A stretch of DNA of 64,000 nucleotides, from the NCBI GenBank assembly GCA_951406725.2, contig OX597820.1, positions 60,760,001 through 60,824,000 of the forward strand, in the 5' to 3' direction. This document shows, piece after piece, positions 55,400 to 64,000 of this stretch. This DNA comes from Octopus vulgaris. Lineage: Eukaryota. A program made the translations under genes and the position numbers. The notes under the pieces were generated by a model. That model was not told where the DNA came from, ran no database searches, and saw only the letters and a list, made by a program, of their open reading frames with translations. Positions within the stretch are counted from its first letter, which is position 1. Each line of letters starts with the position of its first letter.

Positions 55400-55880
55400 A
55401 TACAAATTCACTGAATTGAATCGACCGAATGAACACACTACCAAAAATGGCATTGTCAACAGCGATGTAGAAGCATGCATTAATAACTGCAAATCAGGCT
55501 ACAAAAGAAGCATTCTCCCATGGACAACGACAACTTATCTGAAACTCAAATCATCATTGAACGAACTATTGAATATCAATATCTTTTTAGCGCCTTAAAA
55601 GTGATTAGGGATGCTATGTTACAAGAGGTACAAAACATGAAACTGAAACACAGGCAATTTTATTTTAAATATAAGAGTTTTTCCTTAGTTTATGATAAAA
55701 CAGAAGATTACCTAATAAGTGCTGAGTAAACGTGTATAAAACTTGAAATCCCCATTCGCATACCTCAGCAATTGCATTCTAACTCGTTCAAAGCTACGCT
55801 CAGTTCTCTGAATCTAAACAAGAATCATGATTGTCGTGAATGAAGAGATACAATTAATTCGAAACATGTGTGCCTCAGCG
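55400..55880 (+). pseudogene. Possible decayed Penelope-like GIY-YIG C-terminus plus pLTR remnant
   Basis: TELNRPNEHTTK...INNC resembles the R..EH...H..C segment of PLE endonucleases; ATGAAGA..GAAACATGT lies downstream at 55840-55869. Confidence 0.3.
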
Positions 55881-56003
55881 TCCCCCTACCTTGCTGCGTC
55901 GTGTGTGTTGTCAATACACACCGTCTCAAAGAAGTTGCTCTCCAAAGATGAAGTGCTATAACGATTAACATATTTCCGTTCAAATATACCAGATCGTGAA
56001 ATG

Positions 56004-56061
<58 letters not shown>

Positions 56062-57658
56062 TTGCTTTGGTTCTAGCTATCTTCCGTGTTCAATATAATC
56101 TATTATTTGTACGTTTTGTTTTCTCGTTAATATCTTAGCACCTGACAAGCAGCCCGTAAAAATATTTAACACCAGAAATTCATTAAAACGGTACATATAT
56201 GTGATTATGTGTGTGCTGTCGCTCTACTTGACATTGAGAGTTTGTGTATACTATTTTATATGCACAGAATATAAATAAATAACACACACATCAATTTGTT
56301 TATTTGTTTCAAAGTTTCATCGTTCTAATGCCAATATGTTCCTTTATAAAATTACTACTTTTATGTGTTTTCTTTCAAGATTGCTTTATTCTTGTTTATT
56401 ACATTCTATAATTACAGGTGTAAAAATTACCATACAGTTTAGCTACAGGTTAGCCCTAGTCAAGCAGACCTATGATCAGAGGTGTTCTAGCCTTGCCCAT
56501 CACATTTTCTTTGTATGTCAATATTTGACATATTGTTCAAGACGGAGGTGTGAAATTTGAGATTTAAGACGGAGGTGTGAGACTGACTGTCGTTTCTAGA
56601 CGTGTATATTCTTTAGTTCTATATGACGAAAACGTAATTTACTCTTTTCATATTTAAGTTTAACAAATTTAGTAAATTTGAATACATTTTTTTCTTTAAT
56701 TCTCTTAACAGAACGGTTAGATTTTAGAATAGGTAATTAATATTTAATGTTTGATTTATCTTTAACAGTTCCTCAATAGTTGCCTGTAGTTTAACAGTTA
56801 ATCTCTTGATATATTTGTAGCTAATATAACCAGCTGAAGCTACAGATGAAACATAAGGGAGTGCCCAGGAAATTTGTGCATTAAAAAAAAATATATGTAT
56901 AACATATTCTACTCGTCAATGTTTTCAATCAAAGTACAATAAGTTGATTATACCCTATATAACAAGAGAATATATCTTATATCAATCCCGTCCAGCGATG
57001 TCAATGGCACGGTCTAATGTGGCTAATATGGGAAGCACTGTTGCATACCATCATTCACATATTAATTCAGAACCAACAATCTATAAATCTTGATGAATGA
57101 TTCTGTAACCTGTCGTACTATAAGATCATTCGGATATGCTGACATCCATTGGGACTTGTGATCGATCTGTCATGTTTCTCTAGTTGGTAGAGAATAACAT
57201 CAACGTTGCGTTTCGATGAGGTTATTCCAAAGATTGGCAAAACCAAACTGACTCTTCTGAAGTGGTTTGCACACCACACAAACAATAGATAAGAGTGCTT
57301 GGTTTCAATATCAACTCTTAAATAAGGATATAAACTACCGAAAACACGAAACAAATTACTGAATATGGGTATAAGTTAACATTGGCTATATATATACATA
57401 TATATACATATATATACATATATGCATGCATCTATGTATATACATGCGTATGAAATTTAGAACATTCGAGAACGTGAAATGATTCTTTTGGAGGACAATA
57501 TGAATATTGAGTTAAAAATCCCTTTACATGGTAAAAGTCAAAGCCTTCGAGATTTATTCTGTTCGAAAGGACTTTTTAAACCCAATATTTACACGCTATT
57601 ATTTATAGCTTTATCTGCTTCGAGATTCACTGTCCCAAAATAGAAACACGCACACACA

Positions 57659-57942
<284 letters not shown>

Positions 57943-58358
57943 AAGAGGGGTGGGGGTAGTTAGATAACCAAAGTTAAGTAGAGGACATGTAGTTACATGA
58001 AGTACAAAATACAAATTACAAATTACAATTTTTCTTTTTCTTTATTTTGCAATCTGTATTTTGTGAGCCTTATAAGTATAAGTCTCAAGCTTCACTGTGC
58101 TCATCTACCTTACTACACCCATAACAACTCAATAAGGGTTGCTCGTATAGGTGACTTTTGATGCCGAGGCGTCGGCCCTTGGTGAAGAAATTGGTGTTTA
58201 AGTCCCATCCGCTGGCGCACTACTCTATGCTGTCTATATTGAATTTACTTTGCTTTCATCCCTCCCCCCTCTCTCTCTCCCACGTACACGCGCCTGCACA
58301 AAGACACGTGTATACATTGATACATACATATATATGTATGCATATCTATCTATCTATA

Positions 58359-58416
<58 letters not shown>

Positions 58417-58441
58417 CATATATATACATGTATATATATAC

Positions 58442-58472
<31 letters not shown>

Positions 58473-59100
58473 CATATATATACATATATATACATATATA
58501 TGTATATATATATATATATACATACATGTATGTGTTGTGTGTGTGTATGTATGTATAAATATATATGTGTGTGTACACACAAGCGCGCGCGCACACACAC
58601 ACACACAGGATAATGCCGTCCTAGAAATACTGTATGAAATGAAAGACTGGGTGGTAACAGCTGGAACGACGTCTTTGAAAAGTAACTATATTCACAGATA
58701 GGCTAATTACCACTAAACCATTGTAAAAGAGAAGAGAGGCATGAGTTTGGCATTGTAGAGATATTGAGAATATACAACAAAACAAAATTGTCGAAGAGAA
58801 CGGGGAAATGACATAAAAGCGTACGTTTGTATGTATGTGTGTGCCTGTGTATATGTGTGTGTGCGTGTATGTACATGTGTATACGTGTGTGTATTAACGT
58901 ACGCGCATATACGCGTACACCCTTTTTTTATATTACTATATCACTATAATAGATATAAGAAGCGTTTCCATTGAATTCTTTTACATTTAATGCGTGAAAT
59001 GTATTATACGGTAATACGGTAAATATTATAATTGATATTCATGTGTATATCTAGGTAGAACATATACGTGTGTATCTGTGTTGGGGATGGGGGGAAAAAG

Positions 59101-59500
59101 TGAGCTTGCTTACGAACCACATGGTTCCGGGTTCAGTCCCACTGCGTGACACCTTGGGCAAGTGATTTTCTACTATAGCTTCGGGCCGACCAAACCCTTG
59201 TGAGTGGATTTGGTAGACGGAAACTGAAAGAAGCCCATTGTATATATGCATATATATGTAGGTGTGTGTGTGTGTGTGTGTGTGAATACGTTTGTGTGTC
59301 TGTTTTGTCCCCCCAGCATCGCTTGACGACCGATGCTGGTGTGTTTACGTCCCCGTAACTTAGCGGTTCTGCAAAAGAGACCGATAGAATAAGTACTAGG
59401 CTTACAACGAATAAGTCTTGGGGGTCGATTTGCGCGACTAAAGGCGGTGCTCCAGCATTGCCACAGTCAAATGACTGAAACAAGTAAAAGAGTAAAAGAG
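59101..59500 (+). mobile_element. SINE family B
   Basis: Family match, slightly 5'-truncated. Confidence 0.95.
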
Positions 59501-60239
59501 TATGTGCACTCGCGAGCATGTGCACGTGTGTGGGTGTATGTGCGTGTGTGTGTGTGTGTGTGTGTGTGAAAGAGAGACAGACAGACAAACAGAAAGAGGA
59601 AGAGATATATAAAAACATGAAGATGCTCAGCACACGCTTTTGTGGCTATTTGTCCCCAGGTCATCCTTAGCCAACGATGAAAAACACTCCAGCCGTAAGC
59701 ACCCACTTTTATTCTCGGGTACATCACACACAACACCAATGATTACGAGTTCCCAGATTACTGAGAGTGATTTCAGAGACAATTAGCTGTTATTTCTGGC
59801 AGGTCAGGTGGCGGCGTAAAAGATCCCTTATGCTATCCTTTTGCTAGAAGTATGTAGAATCTGATATATGCTTATTCAGATATAACGTAATTAGATACGC
59901 CTCCACAATCCTATGATGCGTAGAGTCAATCAAAAGTCCGATTGAACGAAACCTTGGTTCAGGATTTGACCATGTATGCAGCCGTATAGCTACAGTTGGT
60001 GTCTCACTTAATAGGTGAATATGGTTTTGTAAGTTGTACAAATCGTCTGTCATTGTTGTTGTTGTTGAGATTAGGTAAGTCGTAATGAGATTAGGTAAGT
60101 CGCAAAGGTAAAGAAAATTGTTTCCGGAAAAATATTCAGTATAAGCAAAATCTGATTGAACCAATTGAGCAACTCTATGGTCAAACGCTTTTCAACCGTG
60201 ACCATGTTGTGATTTACATACTGTCTTTTCTCGTCGATC

Positions 60240-61015
<776 letters not shown>

Positions 61016-62603
61016 GCTATCAACAATTACTTTATCAAATGTGTCCCTTTTTATTTTTTTGTTTTGTTTTCCTTTTTTTTACAAAAGGATTGTTCTTTCA
61101 AGAAGAATTAGGCTGCCTATTCTAGCATGTTGAGTTACCCGCATAGAAGCCACCATGTTTGCCTTTATTTAATTTTTTTTTTATTTGTTACGATATGAAA
61201 AAGGAAATGTTGTAACGTCCCTGCCTTTCTCAAAAACTTTAACAGCAAAGAGATAAAACAACATCGGGATGCCTTTTCGTTTGGGCTCCAATTGTATAGA
61301 AAAACGGGGAAAAAATAGAAAAAGGAAAGAAAAGAGAAGGAAAATGTTCTTTCTCTTCTGTACACTAGAACTACTTCTACTACTATTATAAACTGCTGCT
61401 TCTGTTGCAACTACTATTTCTTCTGTTACTGCTGCACTCAGCAGTCAACCAACTTTTTAAAAAAATTTGTTTTATTTTATTTTTTATAAAGGATGCTGAC
61501 TAAGCGATGTGTATTTGTAGAGTTAATGTTATTTTGATTTAAATATGTTCTGAAAAACTATTTGGAAGAGGAATAAACGCCGCAACATCCTGTTTTTACA
61601 ATTCGCTCCGCTTTTCAATCTGAGACGCCATACCTATATAAGAAACCTCTATTTAAATGATCAAATACGAGCTGTCTAAATAATAGTTGTATTCTTAGCA
61701 GTACTTCTTAACGACTGTTACTAATCTATTATTGCTTCTGTTGCCTCACCCTTCATGCTTCTTTCACCTTCTGATAAAAAAACATTGCCGCCCACCTGCA
61801 GCTGACACGTGTTTAGTAAGTGGGGCTGGGTAGAGGAAAACTTTACCTTTGCTGGTCTTTCCGGCTTAGATTACACGAATCAGATGTAAGAGAAGAGCGA
61901 GGGAGTAAAAGCACGAACGACACCTTCAGTTGATGGCAAGCTTCTAATGACCAGTTTAGTGCTAGTCGAACTAAAAACACGTTCATTGATTTCGCTTCTT
62001 ACTATTTCTACCTCGCCTTTTCTTTCTCTTTCCTGCAAATCTCTCATTTCTGTCCATTGTCTTTATTTCAGATTCCTGCTCCACCTTTCTTAATCAATGC
62101 TAAAGAGAATACACAACACTCTGGATCTTAATCATCTGCAGATTTCTCTTGCTATAAACTTCAAAATTTCTGTTATTCCTCTCTCCATCCTTCTTCCTGA
62201 CTATATGTTTATCCTGTAACTAAATCAATTATTTTCTATTCACACGGCCCAGCATTCTGTTACTAATCTTTCTTCAGTATCCAATCCGCCAGTAATTATC
62301 CCAAAACAATATCACCGAATTCACTATTTCAAATAATTATGGATGTTGCCTCTATTTCTACTTCCTAGTTTCAAAGACTTGGCTTTCTGTTTGCATTTAT
62401 TCCCGCCCCGTCTCTATATTTCTCTCCCACTCACACATACAAATGCACATATAAATGCAATTACAAACACATATAAAGCATTTGCACACACTTGCACATA
62501 GACACATATATATATATATGCATATATGAATGCTTCTATGTATGAATGAAGATAGGTGTGTATGAATACACACACACACACATATATACATAAATGTGTA
62601 CAC

Positions 62604-62656
<53 letters not shown>

Positions 62657-62759
62657 TGTGTGTGTGTGTGTGTATGTATGTTAATATATATATATATATA
62701 TATATACATGCACACACACAGTTATACATATATAAACATATATACATAAATGTGTACAC

Positions 62760-62806
<47 letters not shown>

Positions 62807-62835
62807 AATTTATAATCTATCTATATATTCTTTCA

Positions 62836-63212
62836 TTTTTTTACTTGTTTCAGTCATGCGACACCGGCCATGCTGGAGCACCGCCTTGAAGGGGTTTTAT
62901 TGTCGAACCAATGAACCCCAGGTCTTATTTTTTAAAGCCTAGTGCTTATTCTATCAGTCTCTTAGGCTAAACTGCTAAGTTACGGGGACATAAACACACC
63001 AACACCGGTTGTCAAGCAGTGATGCGGGAACTAACACAAACACAAGGAACACACACATAAGACGGGCTTCTTTCAGTTTCCGTCTCAGCAAATCCATTCA
63101 TAAGGCTTCAACCGGCTTGAGGCTATAGTAGAAGACAATTGCCCAAGGTACAACGCAGTGGGACTGAACCCAGAACCATATAGTTGAGAAGCGTGCTTTT
63201 TACCACACAGCC
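62836..63212 (-). mobile_element. SINE family B
   Basis: Family match. Confidence 0.9.
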
Positions 63213-63213
63213 A

Positions 63214-63450
63214 AAACAAAATCTCATTTACAATGGCCATATTTGAAGAAACTCAGGTTTGGAAACCATTATCATGGAAAGAAGAATAGAGTGCAGTAAA
63301 TCAAGAGGAGAGCAAAGAAGGAATTGGTGGACAATATCAAGGGATGGTTGGACAAAGAGTGGTAAGGTAGTTGGAGAATTCGCGCTTAATCGGGAAGATT
63401 TTCGTTGTAATGTCGTCAAGGTGCAGCAGTTGTAATGTCGTCAAGGTGTA
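63214..63450 (+). pseudogene. RTE-clade LINE 3' end remnant
   Basis: KQNLIYNGHI*RNSGLETIIMERRIECSKSRGEQRRNW / VDNIKGW ... ALNREDFR resembles the GHI.R...G.R.RGR.R..W.D...DR..WR C-terminus of RTE elements. Confidence 0.7.
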
Positions 63451-63474
63451 CACTACATGACTACAACATATATA

Positions 63475-63579
63475 TACATACATGCATACACACATAAATA
63501 AATACATACACACATACATACATACATACATACACACATACATACATACATACATACATACATAAATACATACATACAT

Positions 63580-63610
<31 letters not shown>

Positions 63611-63888
63611 TATATACATACATATATACATACGTACATACATACAAACATACATATATACATACATACACACATACATACATACATACATACATACATA
63701 CATGCATGCATACATACATGCATACATACATACATACAGACAGACAAACATATATACGTACATATATACATACGTACACACATACAAACATACATACGTA
63801 CATACATACATACATACATACATACATACATACATACATACATACATACATACATACATACATACATACATACATACATACATACATA
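63475..63888. repeat. Degenerate (CATA)n array
   Basis: Direct reading. Confidence 0.95.
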
Positions 63889-64000
63889 ATAGCGCTGTCA
63901 ACATCGGACGTGCAGGGATAGAGGACCATTTCAAAATGCCGTTTTGAACGCCTTCTTCTAGAAATATGCTGACTTCTCCAGCCTAAATCGGTAACTGTTT

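Overview
AT-rich, microsatellite-saturated eukaryotic non-coding DNA. It is most likely an octopod cephalopod genome, judged from the recurring tRNA-derived SINE families and the very high (TA)n/(CA)n/(TATG)n/(GATA)n load. No intact protein-coding gene is evident, and almost all ORFs in the track are microsatellite translations. Recognisable content: about 30 copies of four SINE families (one a recurrent dimer), a decayed mariner transposase, several TA-flanked MITEs, and fragments of RLE-type, CR1-like, RTE and probably Penelope-like retroelements. One repeat-free CpG-rich island (~2.95-4.05 kb) carries CDE/CHR, E2F, octamer and CCAAT motifs plus a candidate exon. The most interesting signals are: (i) several short elements next to microsatellites that carry minimal hammerhead-ribozyme topology with variant cores (20738, 23430, 26478, 54188, 55840), one inside a TSD-flanked inverted repeat; (ii) an RLE retrotransposon apparently inserted specifically into (TATG)n; (iii) repeated fold-back inverted duplications centred on microsatellites; (iv) a MITE whose interior is a captured SINE fragment.
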